Assembly: GCA_964648855.1 (NCBI GenBank)
Contig: CAZYLT010000013.1
Location: 30,001-62,000 of the forward strand
Length of the DNA: 32,000 nucleotides
Reading direction: 5' to 3'
Origin: an uncultured archaeon
GTDB taxonomy: Archaea; Asgardarchaeota; Thorarchaeia; Thorarchaeales; Thorarchaeaceae
This document shows, piece after piece, positions 1 through 9,010 of the stretch. The notes beneath the pieces are model-generated. The model worked only from the letters and a program-made list of their open reading frames with translations. It did not search any database and was not told where the DNA came from. The first letter of the stretch is position 1. Every line of letters begins with the position of its first letter. A program made the translations under genes and the position numbers.

Positions 1-265
1 AGACATCGATAATAGTTTGCATCGGTTGAACCTGTCATTTCTTATGCTAGGAGATAGACTTGAGGTATCCATGTTCGCGCTGTGCTATCGAATAACAGCG
101 AGAGTTGCTTTATGCTCGAAAGTTGATGGCAACCAGCAACAACTAGCCATTGTTTGAATATCTTCCAGCTTCTCTGCCACCCATATAGATGGCATACGCA
201 TATTAAAGTCATTCTATGAAATCCATCCAATTTTTATACTGGTGCCCCATTCACGTCTTTAGGAG

Positions 266-1183
266 ATGCATGTGTCCGAGAATGTGCAGAACTATCTGAC
301 ATTGATTCTTGCTATGTTTCTTTGGGGAGCCAGTTGGGTTTCCGTCAAGATATTGGTTTCAATAGCACCAATAATGACTATCGGATTCTGTAGATACAGC
401 ATTGCAGGTCTATTGTTTCTCATCTTGTTGAAGTATCAGGGCAGATCTGTGAGATCCATCTTCTCCCAAGAAACAAATCGGAACCTTGTATTTGCAGGTC
501 TCACAGGGATCCTTGGATTTATGGTTTTTAGCCTGATTGGAACACAATTCACGACAGCGGGGCAAGCTTCAATTATTGCGGGGTTGAACCCGATTACAGT
601 GAGTGTTTTCGCCTATCTCATCCATAATGAGTCACCTGGCAAACGGTGGCAATACTCAGGATTTGTTCTGTCATTCATTGGCATTATCTTCGTCATAGGA
701 ATACAATCCCTTATTGACTTCAATCCTGACTATCTCCTTGGAAATAGCATTATTGTGCTCTCCATGATTTGTTGGGGCATTTATTCATCTGTTGGGAAGT
801 CCTTGATGGGCAAGCTGTCTCCGGTTGAGCTTACTGCAGGAAGCGTGTTTGTTGGCTGGACAATATTTGCAGTTGGGGCATTATTGGAATTACCAGCAGC
901 GATTAATGCGCTCTTGTTGCCGGGTTTCTGGATTAATGTGGGATTTCTAGGAGCATTATCGGCCTTCCTTGGATTCGTCTTCTATTTTCAGGGAATACAG
1001 CGAGTCGGAGCAACTCGAGCTGGAATGTTCATTAGTCTAGTTCCCGTCTTTGGTACCATCACTGCAGTCCTGCTTTTGGAAGAGCCGATCTATTGGACGT
1101 TTTTGGTTGGTCTGGCACTAGTTGTGACTGGAATTCTCATTCTAAATGCACCAGTTGATGAAGATGCAGAGAAGCCCACTTAG
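266..1183 (+). CDS. DMT superfamily (EamA) transporter
   Basis: 305 aa with about 10 hydrophobic helices in two EamA repeats (AMFLWGASWVS..K; TTAGQASIIAGLNP; GATRAGMFISLVPVFG..LLEE). GGAG lies just upstream of the ATG. Confidence 0.93.
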   Translation: MHVSENVQNYLTLILAMFLWGASWVSVKILVSIAPIMTIGFCRYSIAGLLFLILLKYQGRSVRSIFSQETNRNLVFAGLTGILGFMVFSLIGTQFTTAGQASIIAGLNPITVSVFAYLIHNESPGKRWQYSGFVLSFIGIIFVIGIQSLIDFNPDYLLGNSIIVLSMICWGIYSSVGKSLMGKLSPVELTAGSVFVGWTIFAVGALLELPAAINALLLPGFWINVGFLGALSAFLGFVFYFQGIQRVGATRAGMFISLVPVFGTITAVLLLEEPIYWTFLVGLALVVTGILILNAPVDEDAEKPT

Positions 1184-1214
1184 TCTCCGCCGTATTGGCA
1201 TACGTCTTTCATGC

Positions 1215-1883
1215 TTAGGATTCTTGAGTTTCGTTCTTAGCCAGAGTTCCGGGGTTCTTGACTCGAGGCAAGCAAACAAACTCGCGTATTTCCAGATCAA
1301 AGAAATTATTCATATGAGATGGTCTAATTACAACAGCGGTGTCGGCACCACCAGCATATCCAGCTATGCACATGACTTCAATATCAGGACCACAAGGAAT
1401 GTAACCACTGTCGGCTGCCATGATGATAATTTCTACGCAAACTTTCACGCCCACCCCAACTAGCCTACGAATGGCTTCGGCAATTGCTTCAACACGAGAA
1501 ACTCCGCCCAGCCGCTTTGAAATAGACCTTTCTACTCCAGAAAGAATGTGTGATTGGGTCATGACCTTTATCCCCAAATCATTGAGGCGGGACAAATGCT
1601 TCTTCTCCATGAACCATTCGCCCTCATCTCGGTATCCATAATGTTCTGACACAACGACTACTTCTATATCCGTATCACGGAATGCCTCCGCCGCGAGAAC
1701 ACCAGTTCGGCCCTTTGTGCTGGCAACCACGACATGTCTGACTCCGAGTTCAAGGGCTCTCTCTTTTGCCAGCTCGATTGTTTTTTCTGTATTGGCTTTG
1801 CCAGGCTTTTGGAAATATACAATTTCTTTTGCTTCATATATGCATTCATTACCCATTTTGAAGTCCCATCTCTTTTTGCTCAT
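1215..1883 (-). CDS. Stand-alone pyruvate kinase alpha/beta (PK_C)-like protein, MTH1675/COG1751 type
   Basis: Motifs [56 protein letters not shown] and [11 protein letters not shown]. The start may be the ATG at 1856. Confidence 0.88.
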   Translation of the reverse strand: MSKKRWDFKMGNECIYEAKEIVYFQKPGKANTEKTIELAKERALELGVRHVVVASTKGRTGVLAAEAFRDTDIEVVVVSEHYGYRDEGEWFMEKKHLSRLNDLGIKVMTQSHILSGVERSISKRLGGVSRVEAIAEAIRRLVGVGVKVCVEIIIMAADSGYIPCGPDIEVMCIAGYAGGADTAVVIRPSHMNNFFDLEIREFVCLPRVKNPGTLAKNETQES

Positions 1884-1968
1884 TAAGCTGCATATATTTC
1901 AATATGTAGCCAACCTTTTTAGATGGTATGCAACTATGGCTCAGTGCTATAAAAAGGAGCTCTTTAAC

Positions 1969-2421
1969 TTGATTGGGAAATTTGACCATGTTGGTATTGT
2001 CGTAAGAGATGTAGAAAAAGCAGTTGAGTTCTATTCCAACGTATTGGGATGGAAACTTCCCGAAGAAGGACCATATTCGGAGATATTATCGATTGATGTG
2101 CCAGGGGAGAAGATCAGATATGCGATGCTCTCTTCGGGAGGCACATATCTGGAGCTCATAGAACCACAAGAAGGGACATGGCTGGAGTTTCTTGAAGAGA
2201 AAGGGGAAGGGGCAATCTGCGAGCTATGTGTTCTAGTTGATGATATAGAGGAAGCAAGAGAGAGCTTTGAGAATCAAGGTATCACGCCCATGGATAGATT
2301 CAGACAGCCTCTCGAAGGCGAAATCATGAGCGCTCCTTCTGGTTCCAAGTATTTCTATCTGCCAATGGAAGAAACATCAGGAACATGGATTGAGATTCTA
2401 CAACGGGCATGGAAGGAGTAA
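1969..2421 (+). CDS. VOC family protein (methylmalonyl-CoA epimerase/glyoxalase-like)
   Basis: FDHVGIVVRDVEKAVEFYSNVLG, YLELIEP, FLEEKGEGA and TSGTWIEI. The start is reassigned to TTG 1969 downstream of AAGGAG; the upstream part of the track ORF overlaps the opposite-strand gene. Confidence 0.87.
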   Translation: MIGKFDHVGIVVRDVEKAVEFYSNVLGWKLPEEGPYSEILSIDVPGEKIRYAMLSSGGTYLELIEPQEGTWLEFLEEKGEGAICELCVLVDDIEEARESFENQGITPMDRFRQPLEGEIMSAPSGSKYFYLPMEETSGTWIEILQRAWKE

Positions 2422-2447
2422 GTAGCAATCATGATTGCCGTGACGAA

Positions 2448-3437
2448 ATGAAACTGGAGATGAAACACGTGAATACGTCTAACGAGAAATTGGTCGAGTT
2501 GTATACTAAGACCTTGAAGGTGCGCCTCTTTGAACAGAAAGTATGGGACCTGTTTTCAGAGAATCTCATTCCTGGTACAGTACACCTCTATTTAGGACAA
2601 GAAGCTGTTGCAGCTGGTGTCTGTTGTGCCCTTGAAGAAGATGATTGGGTACAGAGTACGCATCGAGGACATGGTCATATAATTGCCAAAGGTGCAGATA
2701 CCAAGGCGGCAATGGCTGAATTGCTTGGGAAAGTCACCGGGTCCTGCAAAGGAAAGGGGGGATCGATGCACATAACCGAGTTCTCAGCTGGAGTCTTGGG
2801 AGCAACTGGTGTTGTGTCATCTGGCCTACCAATTGCCGTAGGAGCTGCCCTCTCTGCGCAGATGCGTGGAACAGAAGAAGTAGTAGCATGTTTCTTTGGA
2901 GATGGTGCCTCAAATAATGGAACATTTGGAGAATCACTCAATATGTCCAGCATATGGAACTTGCCGGTCATCTGGGTGGTCGAAAACAATCTATATGCTA
3001 TGGGAACGCCCATCAAAATAGCCTGCCCCAGCAAAGATATTGCAATCAGAGCGAACGGATATTGTATCCCATCTGAGGTAGTTGATGGAAACAATGCTGT
3101 TGAAGTATACGAGGCAACAGTAAAGGCTGTTTCACGGGCAAGAAATGGAGAAGGCCCGACTCTCATTGAATGCAAGACCTATCGTCATAAAGGTCACTCC
3201 CGATTTGATTCAGCAAAATACCGTCCCAAAGAGGAAGAGGATGAGTGGTTAAAGCGGGATGCAGTGGAAATCATTCAATCCGTCGCTATCAATAATGGGG
3301 CCCTGACAGAAGAATCAGCTGCTGCGATTAGACACCAGCTTCAGATAGAAATGAATGAGGCTGCTGAATATGCAAAGGACTCGGACTATCCAAGACCTGA
3401 AGTTGCGTTGGATGATGTCTTCACGGTGGTGAGCTAA
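2448..3437 (+). CDS. TPP-dependent 2-oxoacid/acetoin dehydrogenase E1 alpha subunit
   Basis: HLYLGQEA, STHRGHGH, GKGGSMH, TPP motif FGDGASN...ENNLY, and TYRHKGHS. Start is uncertain (ATG 2448/2460 or GTG 2469). Confidence 0.95.
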   Translation: MKLEMKHVNTSNEKLVELYTKTLKVRLFEQKVWDLFSENLIPGTVHLYLGQEAVAAGVCCALEEDDWVQSTHRGHGHIIAKGADTKAAMAELLGKVTGSCKGKGGSMHITEFSAGVLGATGVVSSGLPIAVGAALSAQMRGTEEVVACFFGDGASNNGTFGESLNMSSIWNLPVIWVVENNLYAMGTPIKIACPSKDIAIRANGYCIPSEVVDGNNAVEVYEATVKAVSRARNGEGPTLIECKTYRHKGHSRFDSAKYRPKEEEDEWLKRDAVEIIQSVAINNGALTEESAAAIRHQLQIEMNEAAEYAKDSDYPRPEVALDDVFTVVS

Positions 3438-4411
3438 TGCCCGAGATGACATATAGAGAAGCACTAAATTCAGGCTTAAGAGAGGAAATGCTGAGAGATG
3501 AGAGTGTCTTTTTGATTGGAGAAGACATCGGAAAAAACTGGGGAGGAGCGTTTCAGGTAACAAAGGGATTAGCTGAAGAATTTGGTGATGCAAGAGTAAG
3601 AGACACTCCCATCTCCGAGAATTCCTTTGTTGGTGCCTGTGTGGGGGCTGCTATTACTGGAATGCGGCCGGTAGCTGAGATAATGTTTGGCGATCTCATC
3701 ACTCTCGCCATGGACCAGGCCTGCAATCAGGCAGCAAAGATGCGTTACATGTTCGGCGGGCAGACCTCTGTCCCCATGGTTGTACGTACAGTCTTTGGTG
3801 AATTCAAGAATATGGCTGCTCAGCACTCGCAATCCCTAGAGGCCTGGTTCATGCACACGCCCGGGCTCAAGATTGCAGTTCCCGCATTTGCCTACGACGC
3901 AAAGGGTCTGATTAAGGCTGCAATTAGAGACCCCGACCCAGTCATGTTCTTTGAGCACAAGATGCTGTATGATAAGAAGGATGAAGTCCCCGATGAGGAT
4001 TATGTAGTGAAATTTGGTGAAGCGGAAGTGAAACGAGAAGGAGCAGATGTTACAGTCTGGTCTACGCACTTCATGCTACATAAGGTATTGGAAGTCGCGG
4101 ATGAACTTGCAGGAAAGGGGGTCAGTGTGGAGGTAATCGACCCTCGAACTCTTGTCCCACTAGATGAGGAAACTCTCATCAATTCAGTGAAGAAAACGGG
4201 TAGACTTGTTGTGGCTACTGAGGAGAATAAGACGGGCGCTACCACAGCGGAGATTGCCGCCACAGTACAGGAAAAGGCATTTGATTGGTTGGATGCTCCT
4301 ATTATTCGCGTTAATGCACCCGACACGCCCGTGCCATTCAGTCCACCTCTAGAGCAATTCTATGTTCCCTCCAAGGAGCAAATCGCCAAAGCCATAACTA
4401 GTATTATATGA
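3437..4411 (+). CDS. TPP-dependent dehydrogenase E1 beta subunit
   Basis: GEDIG, DTPISEN, RPVAEIMF, AAQHSQ, DPVMFFEHK and VEVIDPRTLVPLD. TAATG stop/start overlap with the alpha subunit. Confidence 0.96.
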   Translation: MPEMTYREALNSGLREEMLRDESVFLIGEDIGKNWGGAFQVTKGLAEEFGDARVRDTPISENSFVGACVGAAITGMRPVAEIMFGDLITLAMDQACNQAAKMRYMFGGQTSVPMVVRTVFGEFKNMAAQHSQSLEAWFMHTPGLKIAVPAFAYDAKGLIKAAIRDPDPVMFFEHKMLYDKKDEVPDEDYVVKFGEAEVKREGADVTVWSTHFMLHKVLEVADELAGKGVSVEVIDPRTLVPLDEETLINSVKKTGRLVVATEENKTGATTAEIAATVQEKAFDWLDAPIIRVNAPDTPVPFSPPLEQFYVPSKEQIAKAITSII

Positions 4412-4496
4412 CTTGCATATTCTGCAACCCAGAATAGCAGCACATAAACTGCCCAAGCAAAGACATTAAAACCACTAGACCACTGACAGGTTACTG

Positions 4497-5315
4497 GTGA
4501 CTGAAATGCTCAGGCTAGCCGTAGGTCAGATGGAACCCGTAGTTCATGACCAAGATGGCAATATGGAGAAAATGCGGGAACTGCTTTCATCTGCTGCAGA
4601 GGAAAATGTTGATGTCTTGGTTCTTCCAGAGCTTCTCAATTCAGGTTATTTCTTTGAGAATCAGGAAGAGGCTATTGAGATGTCTGAGGAGATTCCTAGT
4701 GGGCGATTTTCATCCGAGCTAAAGAAGTGGAGCAACAAGAATCGCATGGTTGTTGCGGGTATAGATGAGAAAACGGAAAAGGGACTCTATAATTCAGCAG
4801 CAGTCTTTGGGAATGGAAAACATCTTGCGACATATAGGAAAATCCATTTGTTCGATGCGGAAAAAATATGGTTTCTGCCAGGTAACCAAGTATCACCCAT
4901 TATCGATTTCAAAGGTTATCGTTTTGGAGTCATCATCTGTTATGACTGGGCATTTCCTGAATTATCGAGAATTCTTGCCTTAAACGGTGCTCAGGTTATT
5001 TTGCATCCAGCAAACCTTCTTCTGAGCTATTGTCCGCGGGCAATGATTACGCGTTCAATCGAAAATTGGATATTTACTGCAACGGCAAGCAGAATCGGAG
5101 TGGAACGGGGAACGAAATTCTTGGGATTCTCACAAGTAACAGACCCAAGAGGGCATATCCTATTGCAAATGGATGCCAGTGAACATGGTGTTGCGTGGGT
5201 TGATGTTGACCCTGCCGTTGCTGATGAGAAGAAGATTACGAAGAGAAATAATGTCTTGAAGGACAGAAGGCCAGAGTTGTATGGGCCGCTGGCAGAGATA
5301 TTCTCGAAAGAATAA
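4497..5315 (+). CDS. Carbon-nitrogen hydrolase (nitrilase/amidase superfamily)
   Basis: E-K-C triad motifs VLVLPEL, YRKIHLF and ICYDWAFPE; C-terminal DRRPELY. Confidence 0.93.
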   Translation: MTEMLRLAVGQMEPVVHDQDGNMEKMRELLSSAAEENVDVLVLPELLNSGYFFENQEEAIEMSEEIPSGRFSSELKKWSNKNRMVVAGIDEKTEKGLYNSAAVFGNGKHLATYRKIHLFDAEKIWFLPGNQVSPIIDFKGYRFGVIICYDWAFPELSRILALNGAQVILHPANLLLSYCPRAMITRSIENWIFTATASRIGVERGTKFLGFSQVTDPRGHILLQMDASEHGVAWVDVDPAVADEKKITKRNNVLKDRRPELYGPLAEIFSKE

Positions 5316-5395
5316 ATTCGATGAACAGAATGGCTGGTCACCTTAGTTCCCTCAAAGCCCATGCAATCCAGGATGATGGTGAAGCAGATGGCCTG

Positions 5396-5620
5396 CTATA
5401 TTGATACACAAGTTTCGGTGCTCTTGATTCCTGAAATCTCATGGATTTCAAAAACCACTCGGCGATAGTCTGATTTGTCTGGCAAATCAACATAGGCGAT
5501 GACATCATACGGTCCTGTCACCAAGTGCACCATTTCTACCTCATCGATTTCCTTGACCTTATCATATACTTGCTCAGCCTTTCCGGCCTCTACATGCATG
5601 AGAACCACAGCGGTAACCAA
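5396..5620 (-). CDS. Stand-alone Lrp/AsnC ligand-binding (RAM) domain protein
   Basis: AVVLMHVEAG...VHLVTGPYDVIAYV...ISGIKSTET, with no HTH. TTG start at 5620 downstream of GAGGGGGT. Confidence 0.88.
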   Translation of the reverse strand: MVTAVVLMHVEAGKAEQVYDKVKEIDEVEMVHLVTGPYDVIAYVDLPDKSDYRRVVFEIHEISGIKSTETCVSI

Positions 5621-5711
5621 TGAATTGACCCCCTCAAACTTTGCAGCTATACTATACATCCTTGTTTCAAAAAGATAGCTATTTCATTACTAGAGGGGTA
5701 TTCAACTGAAG

Positions 5712-6701
5712 TTATGATCTTGATTTTATGACCAGGATAACCAAAACTACTATGCTGAGAGAGCCTATAAGAAGAGAGATTTGTTCATAATCAATAAGAT
5801 AACCATCCACAATTCCGCCATTATCTCCTCCAGGTCCGCTGCCGGACCCGCTAATGCCTATCACCGGGTCGTAGAACAGAGATTCGTTGCCAAAATGCTC
5901 GAAAGCCAGGTATATAGTTTGACCAGCACCCTCACTATCAGTATCTGGAGATGTGCCTTTCACTGAAATTGTTCTGTTACCTGAGTAAGCCATTTCTGCG
6001 TATTCCATGTATGCAGGGCCAAACGTGAATTGGTTCCCTTCTTGACTGAAGTTATTGGGCGCAATTAATCCCTGATCATCCTCGTGAGGACTCTGTGAAA
6101 CTTCAAACTGAAATGCCAGTAGGGAGTCATCGTATATCCATTTCCATCCTGATAAGAAGATGCCGAATTTCAATTCATGTGGATTGCTTGCATTAATCTG
6201 GATGTGTATATCTATGGTAACCTCAAACTCCTGTTCTTGCGTCCCGATGGGATTTGTGGTAGTTGGTGGCGTTGTTGTGATTGTTGATAGAAACACTGCA
6301 TTGGTTGAGAAATTGAATTCAAGTGATTTGACGATTGAATTCTCCTCTATTGCATTAAACCCACTGAAGTTCCAATTGCTCATAGGCAATAGATACGGGA
6401 CGCCCGCAATTCTGTCCTGGGAAGGATCGAAAGCTCCGTTTTCATTCAAGTCAAGCACTTCAATGAATTTCAAGAAGATAAGATGGAAGTCAGTAGTTGA
6501 ACTCGTTGCGTTCCACCAATGGAAATGCGGAACTTGGGAACTGGCTGTGACTTTTGCACCCATGGAATCTGTGGTCACAGTCGCGACCCCTGCGCCATAA
6601 GAGTATTCGATTCCTCCATTCTGGGCAGATGCCAGGGGAACTATTAGCAATGCAAGGGTCACTGAAACTCCAAGTAGAACCCTGAATTGATTTTGTTTCA
6701 T
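5712..6701 (-). CDS. Type I membrane/surface protein, paralog A (predicted beta-rich luminal domain)
   Basis: Signal peptide (..PLASA), Dx[DN]xNG-like loop, Thr-rich insert, YDP motif, Gly linker, C-terminal TM helix and basic tail. GAGGTG RBS. Colinear with 6949..7935. Confidence 0.85.
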   Translation of the reverse strand: MKQNQFRVLLGVSVTLALLIVPLASAQNGGIEYSYGAGVATVTTDSMGAKVTASSQVPHFHWWNATSSTTDFHLIFLKFIEVLDLNENGAFDPSQDRIAGVPYLLPMSNWNFSGFNAIEENSIVKSLEFNFSTNAVFLSTITTTPPTTTNPIGTQEQEFEVTIDIHIQINASNPHELKFGIFLSGWKWIYDDSLLAFQFEVSQSPHEDDQGLIAPNNFSQEGNQFTFGPAYMEYAEMAYSGNRTISVKGTSPDTDSEGAGQTIYLAFEHFGNESLFYDPVIGISGSGSGPGGDNGGIVDGYLIDYEQISLLIGSLSIVVLVILVIKSRS

Positions 6702-6862
6702 CTCGACACCTCACTATTACATTCCCATTTTGCCCAATTGGGGAATTTTCAGTGATCCATATTTCATTATCTCTAATCCTTTTCCTGTACTGATGGTATT
6801 TCTTGTAGAGTTTTGCTCATTAAAGGTCTGTTGTTCCAAAGTCTTCAATTGAAGGATGGACA

Positions 6863-6932
6863 GGTACAATAAAATCATGGCGAGGTGGGAGCATGTACTC
6901 CGCACCTCGTTGATAGCGAGTGCTATTGTACC
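6863..6932 (-). other. Extended 3' RNA hairpin downstream of paralog B
   Basis: Outer 9-bp perfect inverted repeat ggtacaata/tattgtacc. Inner stem cgaggtg-ggag/ctcc-g-cacctcg at 6881-6909. Confidence 0.6.
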
Positions 6933-6948
6933 ATTATCATATGCCCTT

Positions 6949-7935
6949 TCAGCGTCGCAGCTTGACTATTGCAACGACCACTACCACAACAACGATTCCT
7001 CCTCCAATTAGCAGGAGCTGGTTGGATTCCATGATGCCATCAATTATGCCATCACCATCTCCACCATCGCTATCACCATTGGTTGATGATATGCCTAGGG
7101 TAGGATCGTATTCTAGGGTTTCTTCGCCAAAGTACTCAAATGCCAGATACACTGACTGTCCCTCTTCGTCACCAGTTCCTTCTCCAGAGGTACCGGCTAC
7201 TTGAACAGGTGTGTCGCCAGCCTGAGCTTGTTCTGCATATTCCATGTATCCTTCACCGAACTGGAACTCATTACCTTCTTGTACGAACTCAGGAGGTTCA
7301 TCGGTTCCATTATCCCCTTCGTGAGCACTCTCAGTGATAGTAAACTGAAAAACTAGAATGGAGTCATCATAGACCCAGTTCCAACCAGATATGATAAGAT
7401 CAAATTTCATCTCATGCGGATTGGCTGTATCAATGTGCACGCGGATCTGAATAGTCACATCGAAATTGGTTGGTTGTTGACCAGGAGTGATTGTAGTCGT
7501 AGGTACTGGGAGAGTAAAGGTTTCTGTTGTGGTGAAGTTGAAGTGAATTTCAGTCACAACCGAGTCTTCTTCAACGGTTTCGAAACCGCTGAAGTTCCAG
7601 TTCCCTGACGGAAGTAAGTATGGTGCTCCAACTAACTTATCAATTTCAGGATCAAATGCACCATCATTATCGGTGTCATTTGCCTCAAGCAGCTTGAGGA
7701 ACATCACATGATAGTCGGTCTCGTTCGAAGTTGCATTCCACCAAATAAAATGAGGAACCTGATTATAGGCTGTGACCTTAACACCGATCTCCCCGGTTGT
7801 CAGGCTAGCCATCCCTTCATTATATTGGTACTGTATTCCTTGCCCTTGCGCAGTCGCAACCGGCACTAATGCCAGTAGTGCAACTACCGCCAGAGCAGCT
7901 AAAATCTGTGTTTGTGTTGTGTTCATTCTGACCAC
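6949..7935 (-). CDS. Type I membrane/surface protein, paralog B
   Basis: Signal peptide (..PVATA), DTDNDG loop, KFDLIISGW, YDPTLG, Gly/Asp linker, poly-Val TM helix and KLRR tail. Confidence 0.87.
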   Translation of the reverse strand: MVRMNTTQTQILAALAVVALLALVPVATAQGQGIQYQYNEGMASLTTGEIGVKVTAYNQVPHFIWWNATSNETDYHVMFLKLLEANDTDNDGAFDPEIDKLVGAPYLLPSGNWNFSGFETVEEDSVVTEIHFNFTTTETFTLPVPTTTITPGQQPTNFDVTIQIRVHIDTANPHEMKFDLIISGWNWVYDDSILVFQFTITESAHEGDNGTDEPPEFVQEGNEFQFGEGYMEYAEQAQAGDTPVQVAGTSGEGTGDEEGQSVYLAFEYFGEETLEYDPTLGISSTNGDSDGGDGDGIIDGIMESNQLLLIGGGIVVVVVVVAIVKLRR

Positions 7936-8050
7936 ACAAGATATTATCTAAAGCAAGTATATAATCTTTTCATTCGATATTTGTGGAAATGCGACTTCGA
8001 GAGTTGTCGAGGTGAATTGGAGAGTATTATTGATAGATTGAGCAATCAGC

Positions 8051-8881
8051 TCATGTTAAAATCGTTAGCAGGATGAGATTCACATTAGTGACAATCAATG
8101 TAACAATCCCTGCACGTATCGGTCGAACGCTTCGTGATCTAGCCAAGGCGATTGTGAGGATATATGAACTCCACGAAATTGCACCCACAAGAAAGAGGGT
8201 CAAAATCCATCCTGAGATTGCTTGGGAAACTATCAAGAAATGAATTACCAAACCTGAGATGATATAGGGCAGAAACACAATTGGAAGCGACATAAACAGA
8301 GGAGGCGAGAAACCCCGATAACCAAGGATAATTGATGAAATCGATTCAACTAATAAATAGGTAGAAACCCAAGCGAGAAGAGTTGCTAGGATGGTAACCC
8401 CCAAGTCAAAAGGCCCTTCGATAAAGAAGAGTCCAATGGGTAGTAGTCCAACAAGGTGAGCCAAGTAGCCATATCCCCCAAGAAATAGAAGGATATCCAG
8501 CCAAAATCGCCAAGGATCTGCCTGGATTCTCTTTATTATGGGCATCATTGCCAATATGCTTAGCACTGTTGGTCCGCGACTAGTCCTCTTCTCAATCCAA
8601 TAGAAACTATCTTCTCCTTGTTCGAGTATATCGTAAGCAGACCGCCCAATTTCTGTTAGTCTGTACTGCTTATCCTCACTACGTTTTACTAGGGGACTTT
8701 CTCCCTTTAGCAGCACATCAATATGAAAATACAGAGTACCAGGCTCCAAATCAAGAATTTTCAGATCTGTATAGGACGCAGAGCCATGGCTTCCAATTAG
8801 AAGTATGATCTGTCGTCGAATATTGTGGGAAAGAGCATTGAACATGTCATCCAAGACAGATTTTTCATCCAATTTGCTCAT
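8051..8881 (-). CDS. Membrane-anchored ArsR-like winged HTH regulator (about 5 C-terminal TM helices, Yip1-like topology)
   Basis: N-terminal FNALSHNIRRQII...SYTDL...GTLYFHI...YRLTEIG, followed by a hydrophobic multi-pass domain. Confidence 0.8.
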   Translation of the reverse strand: MSKLDEKSVLDDMFNALSHNIRRQIILLIGSHGSASYTDLKILDLEPGTLYFHIDVLLKGESPLVKRSEDKQYRLTEIGRSAYDILEQGEDSFYWIEKRTSRGPTVLSILAMMPIIKRIQADPWRFWLDILLFLGGYGYLAHLVGLLPIGLFFIEGPFDLGVTILATLLAWVSTYLLVESISSIILGYRGFSPPLFMSLPIVFLPYIISGLVIHFLIVSQAISGWILTLFLVGAISWSSYILTIALARSRSVRPIRAGIVTLIVTNVNLILLTILT

Positions 8882-9010
8882 CTCCCATAGTTCATTCTAT
8901 ACCTCAGTAGACTGAGATTTCATAACTTAGCACTTTTGGTTATAGGTCCTGAAAGTATCAATGTAGTGCCAGAGTATCCATTCATCTCTATTCTTGCTCC
9001 TTTTCCTTAT

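Noticed and set aside
1-230. 62-aa minus ORF (42..230) and a possible gene start MQTIIDV at 22 running off the edge
   Set aside because: The 62-aa ORF has no recognisable features, and the truncated start is too short to support.
1717-1968. N-terminal extension of the VOC ORF
   Set aside because: It overlaps the opposite-strand PK_C-like gene; the RBS and homology begin at TTG 1969.
6871-6914. SECIS-like reading of the hairpin
   Set aside because: The plus strand has AUGG rather than AUGA and no apical AA, the flanking genes are on the minus strand, and no in-frame TGA selenoprotein candidate was seen.
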